From Camelus ferus (taxonomy: Eukaryota): a stretch of 64,000 nt of DNA. Shown here piece after piece: positions 1 through 13,948 of the stretch (its first letter is position 1; every line of letters begins with the position of its first letter). Location: positions 31,126,001 to 31,190,000 of the forward strand of contig NC_045697.1 in NCBI RefSeq assembly GCF_009834535.1, read 5' to 3'. The notes beneath the pieces were generated by a model. It saw nothing but the letters and a program-made list of their open reading frames with translations, searched no databases and was not told the origin of the DNA. A program made the position numbers and the translations under genes.

Positions 1-681
1 AGATTTGCCTGTAACCAAGTTTTACTTTTTCTTTAAAATTGTCAAGTATGCACTTTGATGTCAATTTATGTAGCAAAACCATAAATCCTACACGTTTAAA
101 TTTATTGTGGAGAGCTGTCATCTTTATTAGTGTTTTGAAGATGACTGTAATGTACCCTCAAAATTGCAATTGTAAAAGGTGGTAAAATAACATACTGACT
201 GTGTAAAAAATGAATGCCAGTAAATACTATAAATTTATAAGTTAATATTTTATGTTACTAAAACCAACATGTTGATAAAATATGAAAATCTTACAATTCG
301 AGTTTATACTCCTCTCTTTATCTCTTTCCTCACAAAGGGCTGGCCACCGCTGGTTACAATCCCTTGGCCACCAAATAGTCTGGATTCTACTTCCTGAATA
401 TGTTTAATTCTGTTCTTTTTCCTTAATTCCTACTATGTCTGTTCAGTCTCTTATCATACTTGGTCTGTAGCCATTTTGACAATTTGTTGAGCAAATGAAT
501 GACATACAAGCTTCTCTGTATGTCACTTATGGATATTTTAATTGATGCATGTAGGCAAATATTCTATATCAATAGATTGTTACCCACAGGTATGGTACAT
601 TTGGAGTAGATGATATCTTCAGATAGATCACCAGATGTTGGAGTTTGGATTACCTATATGCCATTTTTTCTTTTTATTTCT

Positions 682-682
682 T

Positions 683-717
<35 letters not shown>

Positions 718-718
718 T
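682..718. repeat. (TTTA)n microsatellite
   Basis: Direct reading. Confidence 0.95.
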
Positions 719-999
719 ATCTGTAGGATACGTCAAATATTAGGTGCTTGATTATTTTTTCAATTAAAAAATTGAAATACGTTAGATGTAAAACATTGTG
801 TGAATTTAAGAGGTACAACATGTTTCCTTGATGCATTTATGGTGATGGTTATTATTGATCACAGAGTAGATCTGAAAATTACAATTTTAATGATCAGAAA
901 CATTGTGTGTCTATTTCCATAGGCTGTGTCATGGGGAAGTTCAAACTCCAAGTGAAATTTATGGCAGAAGAGAATCATAAACATGTATAGCTGAAGACA

Positions 1000-1611
1000 T
1001 GTTAAAGTATTTTTTATTTTCTGTATTTTCTTTTTTTGGCTTCTTCGTTTAGTTGAAGGATAGTCAGTTTACAATGTTGTGTTAATTTCTGGTGTAAAGA
1101 ATAGTGGTTCACTTATACTTTTCTGTATTTTCTGATGCTTTGACATCTGGGACCTTGCTGACACTGGAGGGACTTCCCAGGGATGGCTGATTCCAAGAGA
1201 TAGAAAACAATTTGCCCGGGAGTGAGCCTTTGATATGCAGACTGACCAGTCCAGAGGCCACACCCTCAGCCATCTTCTCTAGCACACTCAGGGACACTAT
1301 CCCACTGCCCCAGTCATCCCAGGGCTAGGTACCAGGCCACTAGAGACAGCTTCTTTAACCCCAGAACTCCCTCAAATTATTCAAATTAGCCAGTTCTAAC
1401 CCTGCTCATCCCACCTTGCCTTTCCTGTGGAAACCACAAGAAAGGCTCTTGCCCACGTTCTTTGGACAAAGCTGGTGTTCCCTGTTTGGCCTGTGCATGG
1501 CCTGTCATGCCATGGGAACTGTGAATGTAACAGATTAACAACTATTTTTCAATGGCAGTCCTCTCCTGTTGGCCTCACCATACCTGAATATAAAACCTAC
1601 GTTTTAAAATA
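1000..1611 (+). mobile_element. Solo LTR, probably ERVL class (MER54/MER73/MER74-like group)
   Basis: TG start. ctgatgctttgacatctgggaccttgctgac...aaattattcaaattagcc...ggaaaccacaagaaaggctcttgcccac matches a recalled eutherian LTR consensus. Exact family uncertain. Confidence 0.7.
1032..1118 (-). mobile_element. Very short L1 3' end inserted at the start of the LTR
   Basis: 15-bp TSD TTTTCTGTATTTTCT at 1017-1031 and 1119-1133. The body tagtcagtttacaatgttgtgttaatttctggtgta matches the L1 3' ends at 35105 and 37475. Confidence 0.85.
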
Positions 1612-1644
1612 GGGGAGAACTTAGTACTTCTTAAAAAATCTTCC

Positions 1645-1880
1645 ATTTGAGTGCTTTGTGACAAGCACAGTGGTAAATGCTTTATGTGCAGGATCTCACT
1701 AAATCCTCCCAGCATTTTGGTAGATGCTATTATTGCCCCTCTTTTAAAAATAAAAGGACTGAGATTGTGAGAGATTAAGAAACCTACCCGAAGTCCCACA
1801 GCGGAAGTAGAGGAGCAAGGCCTAGAGCAGGGCTTTCTGAATCCAGAGCCTGTACACACAGCTCCCAGGCTTGACTGTGC
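1645..1880 (-). mobile_element. MIR (one example of many; others near 7.2-7.6, 8.95-9.15, 12.97-13.1/16.2, 18.43-18.6, 57.1, 58.2 and 59.05 kb)
   Basis: atctcactaaatcctccc...attattgcccctctttt...ggactgag...gaagtcccacagc core. Confidence 0.75.
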
Positions 1881-2001
1881 TTCCTATCACTTGCTTTGTC
1901 TAAAAAATTACCAAATTCCTCCCCTTCCTTTCTCTTCACACTTTTATTGATTGGCATATTCCTTTCTTTTCTTAATATAGAAATAAACCTGACCGGAATA
2001 T

Positions 2002-2514
2002 ATGCTGAAACTTCTGCCCCATAAATAGAAAGCTCTGGAACAGGAGGGGAGTGGGCAGAGCACAATCATTAAAAGAATGACACAGACATTGAGTATATGA
2101 CATAAACTGGTTGGAACCAACTCGGCCCAAAATGGCAGAAGATTCTACTTCCAGTGGATCTTAAGCCTCATTATAGGCTCATTGTAATACATTAGCATGC
2201 TAAATGACACACCCACCGGTGCCAAGACAGCTCCCAGGCTGACCATAAAAAACATTGCGTGGGGTCCAATTCGTGGAAATCCCCATCCCTTCCCAAAACA
2301 GTTGGAATAATCTTCCCACTCATTAGCATATGAAATTACCCAGCCTATAAAAACTATCCACCCCCACACCTCAGGCTGCCTTTCTTGCCTTCTGAGATGG
2401 CCCACACACTGTCTGTGGAGTGTGTAATCTCCCTGAATAAATCTACTTTCACTTTAGAATGGCTCACTGTTGAATTCTTTCCTGTGTGAGACAAGATTGT
2501 AATCTCCAGTAACA
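2002..2514 (+). mobile_element. ERV1 solo LTR, MER41-like
   Basis: cattagcatgctaaatgacacacccaccggtgcc, TATA-like ctataaaaa, AATAAA near 2436, ttgaattctttcctg and terminal ccagtaaca all parallel the recalled MER41 layout. Left boundary approximate. Confidence 0.72.
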
Positions 2515-5464
2515 TCTCCATGTTTTTATTTATATAATCAATATGCTCCATGTACATGTAGCTAAGTAGAGCACAAAGGCAACTTCAACACATCACAAAG
2601 AATGGAAAGCATGAAAATCACAAGTTCTGAAGACAATACCACAGAACTACAAGTTTATGACAAATTACAAGAATGTATATGACTAAATAAAAAGTCATCA
2701 AAGTAGTCAAGCTTTATAAGGAAAAAAGAATCTGTTCATACTCTTAAAAAGAAATAAAGAAACACAGCAGTGTCTGCATTAGGACAGGCAAACTTGAACC
2801 CCACGTTTATCTCATTTCCCAACAGGGAGTCATTTGTTTTAAACATTACACGTGCGTCCTGATTTTTTACATAAAGCAGAGGGTCTTGTTCCAAAGAATA
2901 ATCACCTCTGAAAATGTAAATTTAAACGGAAGAAATCTTTTTCACCTTTTTAAAAAAGTCATTCTTGACTATAGTCATTGGTTCAATTTTGTATGTCACA
3001 AATACATTTTGAGAATTGGCTTAAAAAACGATTAGCAAATTAGTAGATTTGGCTTTCCCAGCAATGAAATATAACATGTGTTGTTGACTTCATTATCTGG
3101 TACCTACATTAGGTCTTTCTGGGATGTCAAGAGTATTTAAAAATCAACAGACAACTTAGGAACAACAAAAGTAAGGCTTAACAGAAGCACAGTCTTAAAG
3201 GACACCTGGGGCCCCTAACCACATAGGATATGGACAACATAAAACCGAGCCAGAAGACTGCATTTTTGGTGCATGTGCAAAATCCTCACCAAGATTTTCA
3301 TGAAAGCTTGAGGGGGAATAGGGGATGGGGGTGGAGAGGCTTGCATTCTTATGATCACTTCGGCCTCAGATGTACTTCTTTATGCAGTTTCTTTCCTGCA
3401 CCAGTCAGCCTTGGTGTGAAATTGAGGCCTTTTCCAGTTTCTCTATAAGTGAGACCTACAAAGCACAGGGGGAGCAAAATGTACTCAGAGGATTGGTTGA
3501 GCAGAGAGGAGGAACCTGCTTTACACCGAACAACCTTGCTTTGACTGAGTAGCTTCCAATTAAGCAGGAATTTCTTCTAAGTTCTTTTGGCTGCATGACC
3601 CCTTCAGGTTTCTTCAGCACATGACCTTAGATCACCCTGACTTATCACTGCACACCTTCTCCTCTGCCCGCTGTCTCTCTGTCCCCTCCCCTTTCTCTGA
3701 AAGCAAAAACAGTCCTTGTTTGCTTCAGAGCAGTGAGGCCATTCTCCTTTGCTCCCTCTGGGCTTCTGACCCTCTCCCATCCTCAGGCCCACCTTTTCCC
3801 TCAAGATACCCCCAAGTCAGGACTTTTCCCCCGAACAGCTTTAACCTTTAAAAGGTATCTTAACTTAGAGCAACTATCAGACATTTTTTAAAAACTGGTA
3901 TAAAATTCATCATACACTGAATTAAACAAACAGCTTTAATTTACTAACAATTCCTAAGAAGTAGACAAACTATTAAACCAGTCCAAAGTGTACGGCTGGC
4001 TTAAGAGTTTGTAGGCACCAGTTAGTAAACAAGAAGCGTGCTTAATTTCTAAAATGATTTGCTATCAGATGGTTGCTGGAGTTTAACTTCTCCTTGCTGT
4101 GCCTTTTGTTACCTGTTGTGACATATACACCTGTGCTGATTGTGTTATTACCAGAATGTATTGGGGGAAGTGGCAAGGATTATATTATCAATTATAATTT
4201 TTTTAGCCATATACTAAGGCCAATGTGCATAGCTGTAGGCGTTTCTTTCTTCTTCAATTCAACACTTGCATCTTTCTCAGAGATTATTGGGTGCCTTTGT
4301 ACTACCATCAAATTTTCCTTCCTTGGTCATCAGTTAACTATGTTTTCAGTGACTCTTCACTTTGTTTCTTTTGCTTGTCCCAAATTCAGTTGTCTTGTTT
4401 ACATATTCAGTTTTTGAATTCACCTTGAGCACGGGCTAAGCCCATCACGACGCAGTGGACGATAGTTTGGCATGGGGCTTGATGCTAGACTTTGCAAAGG
4501 GTCCAATTGCTCTCTTAATTGAGTTCTACACCACTGGAAAATATCCAATTCAAAACACTGAAGTCAGGAATCAGGGACAGTTATTTATTCTTCACAGTGA
4601 GGAAAGGTGTCTGGATTGATGTGGAGTATTTCTGGAGGAGAAACCTATTTATTTGTGCTCTTCTAAAGTAGGTTCTTGGCAGTTTGTGTACCTCACTGAA
4701 AGCTTCCAATTGGCCTGCTTGTAATTGTTTGCACTGGACATCCTTCTTTTATTTGAGCTGGTTTTGTCCCTGAATGCTGGGCTACAGGAACCAATGCTAT
4801 GCTTTTCGCTGCTTCCTTTTCTCTTTTATCCTGCTTGCAAATACCAGGAGCAAAGAGCTGATAGTTTAATTTGGTCTCACAGAAAAAGGAGGTACTGATA
4901 CTTACGTTCTGATATAAACAAGACCTGCATTAAATGAGAGTTTAGTTTCTGAAGTGTTGTCTTTAATTCACCTACATTTTAAAATTTAACCTCAATTTCA
5001 TTAAAATCTTTAAAATACATACCTGTTTGTTGCAGTACACTTTGAGAGAATGGTTGGGTGCATTTTATTATTTGTAGCACATTCTTTAGCTTTAATTCTT
5101 TGCTCCCTTTTTTTGTGGACCAATGTGTTATTTATTATGCTGAACCATAGTAAGTGGCACTGATGGCAATGCTGAATGTTTGACCTTATGTCATTCAAGA
5201 ACAAAGAGCTGCTGTGGGAAGAGAGACTGTGGCCAGATTGCAAATTATAGGCATCAAGGAGCCAGGCCACAGAATTTCCTCTTGCTGTACTGAGTTATCC
5301 TAACACTCATATCTGAGGGAGGCAGTACACAGAGGGGTGAGATGCCTGACATGGGTGAAGGATGTGAGGACCAGTCATCTTGATTTCTGTTCCTTGGTTC
5401 TGATCTTGAGGGATTTTGTCCTTTAGGGAGGCCAAATCTTTGAAAAGGAAGCCTATAGCCTGGT

Positions 5465-6340
5465 CTTTCATTCGAAAAATATTTATGAGAAACTGATGAT
5501 CCTGGCTCCATGCTAGGTACCAATTATACACAGTGTTGGATTAAAGAGTTTTAGTCCCTGCTGTCATGGGGCTTCCATTCCCCCAGGGGAGATGAACAGG
5601 TAAGTAAATATGTACTGTATTACAGACTGAAAATTGCTGTGAAGTTAAGAGGATCTGAGATTGAGAGTAGGAAAAGAGGTTAATTAATTTGAGTTTTCAG
5701 AGATCTGTTTAAGGATCTGAAACTTGATGCTAAGACTTGGAACATCACAGGGAGGCCACAGTAAAGAGACCCTAGGAGTTGTGCATTCTGATTTGGGAGA
5801 CTTTGTACATTCAAGCATGTGCTGATGCTCTAAGGCAGGAAAGAGCTGGCGTATTTGAGGAGCTAAAAGAAAATGGAAAGAAAGCCCAATGGGAAGTTCA
5901 TGAGCTTGAGACAGAAGTGAGGCTGTGAAGTAGGTTAGAAAGTTAGATGCAGCCATAGATCCTATAGATGCTCAGGATCCTGTAGGTTGTGGGAAGAGGT
6001 CTGGCATCTGGCATAAATGGAAAGTAAAAGTGGTCAATGTTTTTCATCAGGGGAATGGCAAACAAAGTGACCATTTTGACTTTGTAAAAGATTATTCTGG
6101 TCTCTGCATAGAGTAGAGACTGGCAATGAACAAGAATAAAACCAGGGAAATAGCGGACCCTTGGAGCAGGATGCTAGCAATAGAAGTGATGCCAAGTGGA
6201 TGGATTCAAAATAAATATTGCCAGTGAATCAACAGGACTTACTGATTGATTGGATGTGGGGTGATGCACAGTGAGGAGTCAAGGTCAACAACTAAAATGT
6301 TGATCTGAGTAACTGGCGACTTGGTGGTGTCATTTATAGT
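5465..6340 (-). mobile_element. L2 remnant
   Basis: ttcattcgaaaaatatttat...gtccctgctgtcatggggctt...aacaggacttactgattgattggatgtgggg...ggagtcaagg. Confidence 0.75.
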
Positions 6341-7289
6341 TTGGTAATAAGTACTTTGGCTTTAAAAGCCTGGATAGTTTCCATATGAGGGTTTATGCTT
6401 TGGGTCTTAGAGGCAATCTCATTTATACATTATAATAAAATTCCTTGGCTTTTATTTTTATACCTCATAATGTTTTAACTGGTTAATTTTATATTTTCAA
6501 ATATTTTTGGTTTTATTTCTAAAATGTTTCTGGAGCTCTCTTTATCTTCATTTTCTTAGTCTGCTGTGGCTTTGGTTATAATATTTTATTTCACTAGTAT
6601 TTTTCCCGAGTTTTTATTTGCTTAGTTTTATTTAGTTTTCACTGATTATATATTAAACTTCTTTTTATTTCAGAATCTGCTTTTACATTTTACTTTTTTT
6701 CTGCATTGGGTATGCTTTTATTTCTCTTAGTTTATTACATCTTTCTAGTACTTAGTATATTATCTTTTACCTGTGAATGTGCTATGCCTTATTAAAAGGT
6801 TGGAAGGTAGATGGTTATTTCATGGAGTAGCCCATCCTTTAAATAAGGGGGCCATATATTTACTCTCTGGAGGTCCTGAAACAGACCTCCCTGTGTCCTT
6901 TAACAAAGGACCTTTATTTCCATCTATTTGCTTCTGTGCTTCACAGGAAGGAGAATAGAGATACACAGCTCAGAACTTTACAGCATAAGTTCACCTACAC
7001 TGACGGCATAAATGAACTGCTGACTATGAGGCATAGGGAATGACAGGTCAAAAATCTTTGTTTTTTATTGTCTACCATCACTTAGCATCAGACATTCATA
7101 ATATATTACTATCATGGTGTTTTAGTATAATAATAAAAGTAATAGTAGTAACAGATTATTAATAAATGCTTACTATGTTCTATATTAAACTGTGGCTCAA
7201 CATGTGTTTATATCATGCTTTATTCTTACAGTATCCCTTAAAGGTAGATAGTATTTTGAAAACACATCTATATATGTATGTGCGCATTT

Positions 7290-7292
7290 ATG

Positions 7293-7326
<34 letters not shown>

Positions 7327-7347
7327 TGTATGTATGTATGTATGTAT
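7290..7347. repeat. (TATG)n microsatellite
   Basis: Direct reading. Confidence 0.95.
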
Positions 7348-9204
7348 TTGTTTGTTTATTTATAAATGAAAAAAGTGAAGTTCAATGAAGCAATGCAGAC
7401 TTTGGAGACAGGTATACCTACATTGGAATCTTGACCTTGACAGTAGTCAGCTGTGTGATGATCCTGAACAAGGACACTTGCTTTTATGATTTATTTGAGT
7501 CTCAGTTTTCCCATTTCTTAAAACTAAGGCTTTTAAAAGACAGCTTACATGGAAACAGTGAAGATTAAATGAGTGAGGCTTGTAGAGCACACGGTCTTCT
7601 CCTTGGGTCTGCTACTGTGTCATTGCTCAAACTCCTCCCTCCTGCACCCCTTAAGAGCTGTCCTCCTGGCATTGTCTTACCCACTGAAACAGCCAAATTC
7701 CTCAAGAGAGGAATTGTGGAAGCTGTGTACTTTGAGAAAATCCCAGGCTCGCTTTCTTTGGAGGCCGCAGATGCCAGGACGAAAGGAGATGGCAAAGGAG
7801 TACCAAGCCTTGATCTCAGTCCACATTTGGAGACCTGAGTTTATTCATCCTTCCTGAACCTGCGTCCTCAGTTGCTTCCTTGATTTACTTTTCCAAATAA
7901 GAGATAGTTCTGGCAAGGGGAGTCCCTAGAGAGATGGAGGAACAGAATCTATCAATCTAAAGAAATCTCTCTGGACCAGGCTGTTGCACCACCCTGTTTT
8001 ACTTTTCCTAAATCTTGTAGCTTAAAAAACCAAAAAACAAAAAACCCCCCAAAACCTGAAATTTTGGCAGTACCCAAGAGTTTGTGCTGACCTTCAACTC
8101 CCTCTCTCTAATGTCATCCTCCTCCTAGCCTTCTCTCTGTCCGTCTCTATCTCATCTCTACATGAACCTCTCTCTCTATATATGTGCACTTACATATATA
8201 TATATATATATATATATGTGCACCTACACGTCTATACATACATATATCTATCTATACATAGTATCTATACATCTGTATCAGTCTATGGATCTATGTATTT
8301 ATCATCTATATGAGTCATGCATAGGTTATTGGTTCAAACAAGGTGGATATCTGTCTCTCAGGTAAGTCTGAGTTGGTGGTGGTGCAGGAGCACAGATTGT
8401 CTCTTCTTCATGAGTGATTCTTCTAACGCATTGCACCTCCCTTCAGGCTGAGTCCTAACGTCAAGGTTGAAAAAAGCCCAACTCCATCACATTCTTTTCC
8501 GGCTTATTGAAAGGTAAAAAGAGTGAGAATAGGACAATCTGCCTGCTTTTAAGAGTGTGGCTTGGAACCTGGATGCATTACTTCTGCCCAAGTCTCCTTG
8601 GCAAGGACTGCATCACGTGGCTGCATCTAAGCACACAGAGGCTGAGCAAAACAGGCTTTCACTGTGTGCTCTGCCCAAAGAAATCTCAGAGGATTTTCTA
8701 ACTAATGAGAATGGAGCACAGATAGTGACGGCGGAGCAGAGGTCATCAGTATTCTCTCCACACTATTAGTAGAAGGAGGGTAGTCCCACCAAGAAAAGGT
8801 CACTGCAGCTGATTTAAAAAAAGAAAGCAATTGACAATGAGTCTTTCCAACAGGTCTTTGGAATTAAGCTAAATGGAAAATCTATTACTTCCACTAATCT
8901 GCTGAAAAACAACAAGAATAAACAAATATTCTCGTTTTCAGGGCTCTGTGTTTGCCTGGCACAATGCTAAACACGTAACAGGCATTATCTCATTTATTTC
9001 TTACAACCTTACACGATAGACATATCTTCCTTTTCATTTTATAGCTGAGAAAGCTGAGGTTTTGGGGGGTTAACTGCCCAAGCTCACACACCAAATAAGT
9101 ATCAGAGACAGGATTTAATGTGTGGCTGATCCCAGAATTTTAACCCCAATGTTACAGCCTTCCCAACATATCTTGTTATCCATGTGATTTCCTTCCGCTC
9201 AAAT

Positions 9205-9635
9205 ACAGTATGATCTCACTTTTATGTGTAATCTAAAAAGAAGCTCCCAAAATGAAACTAAAAAAACCACACCCCCAAACTCAAAAGATACAGAGAACAG
9301 ATTGATGATTGCCAGAGGTGGGGTGTGGGGAGCAAAATGGGTGAAAGGGGTCAAAAGGTATAAATTTCCAGTTATAAAATAAGTGGGTCACAGAATATAA
9401 TGTACGGCATGGTGACTATAGTTGATAGTGCTGTACTGCATATTTGAAAGTAGCTAACAGAATAGATCTTAAAAGTTCTCATCACAAGAAAAAAATTGTA
9501 ACTACGTGAAGTGATGGACGTTAACTAGAAATACTATGCTGGTCAGTTCACAATATATACAAATGTCAAATCATAATGTTGTACACCTGAAACTAGTAAA
9601 GTGTTATATGTCAATTATATTTTTATTAAAAAAAA
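9205..9635 (+). mobile_element. L1MA-like 3' end
   Basis: atgatctcacttttatgtg...gatacagagaacagattg...tgttgtacacctgaaact...tatgtcaattata followed by an A tail. Confidence 0.85.
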
Positions 9636-10824
9636 CCCTTTGGTGAGCTTAACCATTGCATTCTAAAATTCAATTTATGCAAAGAAAATGTTGTGACACA
9701 GTAGACAATAATCCTAAATCTATTAAATAACACAGTCTTCTGGCTTATTCTGGCTCAACCCTCAATACTATTTTTTTTTTAACCTGGTGACTTGATACCA
9801 CTTTTGTATGATTTGATATTAATTTTAAAGGAACAGGAGAGATGGCCTTCTGCCACAGAGAAGACAGTAATATATATATAGTCCCATGATCATCTATTTT
9901 GATTATGTGGCTTTATTATTTAAAAAAAAATTCAAGATTGGCCTCCATGGGAAGTTGTTCTTTGTAACTACACTGAAAAAACCAATTACATAAAACTAAA
10001 AGCACCGTCTTAGGCAGGCATTTTCTGACACCAAGAGTCCGCATTCTGTAATTGCACAAAGCAAGTCAAATAGGTTAGTTATTTTGCATTTAATTCTTCC
10101 TGCTAGGGACACAGGAAGACTGTGCTCTGTAGAATGAGATTATCCACGGGAGACTTGACTGTGTTTCTTGAGACACTGGTGGGATATTGCTACAGCTGCT
10201 TTGAACATCTTCCAGGCCTAAGTGTTTGGTGGAGAATTCCGGGGACTCGGTGGAATTTGTTCAAGTGCTGGAGAAGGGCCAGAGCTGACTCCTGAAGGCA
10301 GTCCTGACTTTGTCAGCAGGACTCAGGTGGCCCATCTCCAGGGCTGAGGCACCCTTCCCTTCTGGGGGACACGGCAGCCACAGCAACACGCACTGATCGA
10401 GCACCTCCTTTGGCAGGCATCCTGCCAGGTGCTGGTTGGGCTCCCTAAATGCCAGCTCTGCCATCTGCTCTCCTGATTACACGGCAGATGGGTCCTTTAG
10501 CAGCCAGCACTGGACAATCCTAGTCTCCTGGTCTTCCTCAGAGTTCACCCTCCAGTGGTTAGTTCTTCACGTCCTACCAAGGGCCCAGCTGAGAGGAGCG
10601 ATGGTGAGAGGAAGTCGTCGGCACAGTCTTCATCCCTCTCCCTCCTCCAGGGGTCTGGCATTCTGTCATCCAGTCACGGCAGCCTGGTCCCTTGCAGGTT
10701 TATACCTCCATCCACCAAGGTGCATTTTGATTCTTCACCTTGCTTATTTTCCTTTTAAATTAGCAGTCATGATAAGAAACCGCCCTTTGGAGTTTAATAC
10801 TGCATTTACTACAAAACAGTTGAA

Positions 10825-11270
10825 GACATAAATACAGCAAATACCTGTTGAGTGTATATAGTGCACCACCCAGAGTGCTGGGTCCCTGAAGAAGCCGTGG
10901 ACCCTGTGGTCATCACTGCGCTGGCTGTGCAGTGGGGCATGTGTGGTCTGAAAGCACCAAGGAGGGAAGGACTGATTTTTTGTCTTGGAAAGTCAAAGAA
11001 ATTCATTGAGAAGGTAACATTTCAGTTGGATTTGGAAGGATGTATAGGAGTTTTACAGGAGAGTGTGGGGAGGATAGAAGAAACTTTGGGCAAAGGATGG
11101 AGCACGTGTAAAGGCATATTATCTCAAGGACCTGACATGGCCAGGAGAAGGGAAGAAATTCAGAGTACCAGGAGCATATGGTGTTACAGGGGGGCCTGGA
11201 AAGTTTGGTACAAAAAGATAGTGAAGACCTTTGTAGACCTGCTAGAGTTTAAAGATTTCATCCCAGTCAC
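10825..11270 (-). mobile_element. L2 remnant
   Basis: cagcaaatacctgttgagtg...gagaaggtaacatttcagttggatttggaagga...agcacgtgtaaaggc. Confidence 0.7.
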
Positions 11271-13438
11271 TCAAAGATATAACAAAAATATATAGAGAGA
11301 AATAAATGCAGGGAGGCAATTAAGTGAGAGGGAAGGAAGCCAGGTTGGAGCCAGCAGGAGAGATGAAAACTTACACTTGGTTCAAGATCCATTTCCGTGA
11401 TGGCATTTACCTAGGGACTGTATTTTTATAGTTAACGAAAAAGCAAGGGTTATTTATTATATCAGCCAGTTCATCTAAAATCTTATGTAAGGCATCATTG
11501 CACTATTTAAACTACTGTGCTAAGAAAAACTTTGTTTCAATGGAGGAGCTGGCTCAGAATCAGACAAGGCTCAAGCAGAGCTATCATTTGGAGATTTACT
11601 TAGGACATTTCCTGTGTCGTGAATTCCTATTCATTTTTTATTATATTATATCATAGTACAGATCTTTTATTGCAAGTTGATTTCCTAGTGAGATGAAGTT
11701 GTGTGTGATTAAATATAAATAAAAATAAAATACAGTACTATAGATACTATATATGTACGTACACACATCATATACAAAATGAATATATACTTTTGTGTTT
11801 GATTTTGGTTAATGAGGGCATTTTTTTTTTAGTTCCTCTGGGCCCTTCAGAGATGGGCCTCTGTTTTTAAACACTGGTTTCCCTGCAAAATTCCAGAGCC
11901 TGGATATCAGCATGTCAATAGCTAATATCTGTAGTGCAAGTAGTAAATAATTTTTGAGAGAAAATACTTGTGTTTTATTTATTCATTTATTTATTTACTT
12001 GATAATTGTGCTTGGAAACTCTTGACCTAGCAACTCTTTCCAGAGATCTAAGAGAGTGTACAAAGTCCGAGCTGGCTTATACTAATCTATTATTTTCTTC
12101 AGCTTGTTGTTAAAATAGAATGCTTTATGCTCTGGCCTGGAATCTTACTTGTACTTCCCCCAGGGTACCAAGTCATAGTACGATGCAGAATCTCATAGAG
12201 AGCTTCACTGAACTTAGCTTTTCTTATCTTGAATGAAGGAAAATGGTGACCCCTGAAGGGACATGCACATATACTATTTGGTAACCTTATTGTCTTAATT
12301 AATATCCTTCCCCCATCCTATCTCTGAACTCAGTTAACTGCCATTCTTCCTAAAGACAACAACTTAGTCACTACTTTATGGAGAGAATTTTCCATAACCT
12401 TGAATAGGTTAAATTCACCTTAGTGTATGCCTCCACAGCATCTTGTACCAATGTCTCTTTTGTAGAATTTATGACCAGTAAGTTTACATTTATGTGAGTG
12501 ATCTTTTGCTTAAGACTGACCTCCTCCAAAGGTGTGAGTCTATTCATTGGTAGTACATATATGAGGAAAGATAATGTAGGCTGCCTTATCTTTGAGCAGC
12601 TTGTTACATGTAAAATAAAGTGGCTTGTTTACACGTCACAGGTCACTGCTGAGAATTTTAAGGTGGGAAGTATTGACTGAGACTAGAGCTAGTTTCATAT
12701 GTTGAGGGTTAATGAACTAGGTCCTTTCTTGGCATATGGAAATAACTGAATAAAGCATGGTGCTGAGATGAAAAAAGACCTGGGATGTGCCGTGGCTTCC
12801 CAGGCACATTCTTTCTGTTTGGAGTCATTGCAGTGAAAATGCTCATTCACTTGACCTTCTTGGACCCCTGGTCAACAGAGAGCCCTACCCACAGGCTGTC
12901 CTGTTTCCCTGACTAGGTGTCATCTGTACCATCTCCCACTAATATGGTGGTGTTACATTAGTGAGCAGGCAGCATGCTGGCCCAGTGGAAAGGGTGCAGA
13001 TTTTTGAGGCAGCGTGACCTGAGCTCAAGATCTCTCCAGGCCTTGCAGTGATTAACTGAAAGGCCTGGGGCTCGTTCTTTATCCTCTTCAAACTTTAGTT
13101 TCTTTTTTAAAAAATTTTCAATTTTTTTTACATTTTTTCATTGAGTTATAGTTATTTTACAATGTTGTGTCAACACTAGAAAGTGTAGAGCACAATTTTT
13201 CAGTCATACGCAAACATGTATATATTCATTGTCACATTTTTTTTTGCAATGAGCTACCACAAAATCTTGTTTATATTTCCCTGTGCTATACAGTATAATC
13301 TTGTTTATCTATTCTGCATTTTAAAATCCCAGTCTGTCCCTTCCCACCCCCGCCCCCTTGGCAACCACAGATTTGTATTCTATGTCTATGAGTCTGTTTC
13401 TGTTTTGTATTTATGTTTTGTTTGTTTGTTTGTTTGTT

Positions 13439-13807
13439 TTAGATTCTTCATATAAGCGATCTCATATGGTATTTTTCTTTCTCTTTCTGGCTTACTTCAC
13501 TTTGAATGACATTCTCCAGGAACATCCATGTTGCTGCAAATGGCGTTATGTTGTTGGTTTTTGTGGCTGAATAGTATTCCATTGTATAAATATACCACCT
13601 CTTCTTCATTCAGTCATCTGTTGATGGACATCTCGGCTGCTTCCGTGTCTTGGCTATTGTAAATAGTGCTGCTGTGAACATTGGGGCACAGGTGTCATTT
13701 TGAAGTAGGGTTCCTTCTGGACATATGCCCACGAGCGGGATTCCTGGGTCATACGGTAAGTCTATTCCTAGTCTTTTGAGGAATCTCCGTACTGTTTTCC
13801 ACAGTGG
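13439..13807 (-). pseudogene. L1 ORF2p C-terminal 123 codons only
   Basis: PLWKTVRRFLKRLGIDLPYDPGIPLVGI...MFTAALFTIAK...QPRCPSTDD. Single frame to the natural stop, with internal TGA codons. Confidence 0.9.
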
Positions 13808-13948
13808 CTTTCCTTGCTTCCCTCTCCCACTCAATGATTTAGATGTCTTCTTTTACAATTTTGTGTTTATTCTTTTTGTAATTCATGGCAGTTATCTCCT
13901 TTCCAGTTATGAGTTTCTCATTTTTGTAGCATCCTGCTTCTTTTCTAT

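Noticed and set aside
7565..7857. Overlapping 76-94 aa ORFs
   Set aside because: They start in a MIR tail, show no family similarity and have no convincing splice-site pair.
10852..11295. 147-aa ORF
   Set aside because: Lies within an antisense L2 remnant, has a non-ATG start and no recognisable protein motif.
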